A stretch of 63,752 bases of DNA, the filler included, from Octopus bimaculoides (Eukaryota): assembly GCF_001194135.2 (NCBI RefSeq). It is 8 parts of 8 records of this genome, joined end to end, with 100 filler letters (N's around TTAATTAATTAA, not from the genome) between each part and the next. Parts side by side here need not be neighbours in the genome. Positions count along the whole stretch, not along the records: positions 62,614 to 63,752 come from NW_026434513.1; 7 more parts are not named here. One strand, 5' to 3'. The position numbers and the translations under genes were made by a program. How positions within the stretch are numbered: the stretch's first letter is position 1; every line of letters begins with the position of its first letter. Positions 63,123 through 63,752 of the stretch are shown in pieces. The notes under the pieces are model-generated. The model worked only from the letters and a program-made list of their open reading frames with translations, had not been told where the DNA came from and searched no databases.

Positions 63123-63752
63123 ACATATATACATATATACATACAGACATACATACATATATATGTGGGTGTCTATATATGTATTTATATATATATATGT
63201 ATATATGCATAAATATAGTTACATACATATATATATATATTTATATTGTTGTAGCTTATCAACAACACTTGAACTGAGCCGAGTGCAAATTCAATAGCTT
63301 GTCCATGATGATATGCAAAGTGGTGTAAAAACCATCACCTGATATTCAAATGTGAATTAGAAGCAGCACATTGTAGGACACACGTACACAATGTTTGTAT
63401 TTAACATGCTCAGCGATTGCACGCGTAGATGACTCTCTCAAAGCACCAGAAACTGATGGTCATTGACAGGGCAACATGTACTCGTGGACAGGCTATTCAA
63501 TTTGTTTCTATTCCATTTACGTGCGTGATGTTAATAAGTGACGCAAATGACAAAACACAGATGTCCATAGCTCTTGAATGGGATTTAGGAGCGAGTACTC
63601 CCACCTGTCTGTAACTATGACTTTCAGGTCATTAAAAAGCAGGTGCTTTCAGAGTATCATCTCCAACGTGCAAAATTGCAGTCGACCGACGAACAATTTA
63701 AGTACATAGATTGTGTATGTGTGTTCGCTGATGTTTACAATAATATCTATAT

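Overview
This is AT-rich, gap-riddled eukaryotic nuclear DNA from a draft assembly. It is most likely a coleoid cephalopod (Octopus-like), inferred from a cox1 NUMT and the SINE repertoire. There is no complete protein-coding gene, rRNA, true tRNA or CRISPR array. Most ORFs in the track are artefacts of N-runs, microsatellites or transposon fossils. The window is dominated by tRNA-derived SINE families (labelled A-E here), RTE/RTE-X LINE fragments, restriction-like-endonuclease (RLE) non-LTR retroelements that sit in (CATA)n, Penelope-like GIY-YIG fragments, mariner, Chapaev3-like, hAT-MITE and Helitron pieces, a Gypsy pol fragment and long microsatellites. One minus-strand exon (55185-55295) looks like part of a rolling-stone-like membrane protein gene. 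The most notable observations are: (1) a TIR-bounded element carrying an in-frame mitochondrial cox1 fragment; (2) several hammerhead-ribozyme cores, one with a greatly elongated stem II and one embedded in an inverted sense/antisense duplication; (3) a (CATA)n-associated RLE retrotransposon family that piles up head-to-tail; (4) a triple-nested Chapaev3-like element whose transposase can be rebuilt in frame; and (5) many fold-back structures. Family names are from recall, not database searches, and TE boundaries without a target-site duplication (TSD) are approximate.
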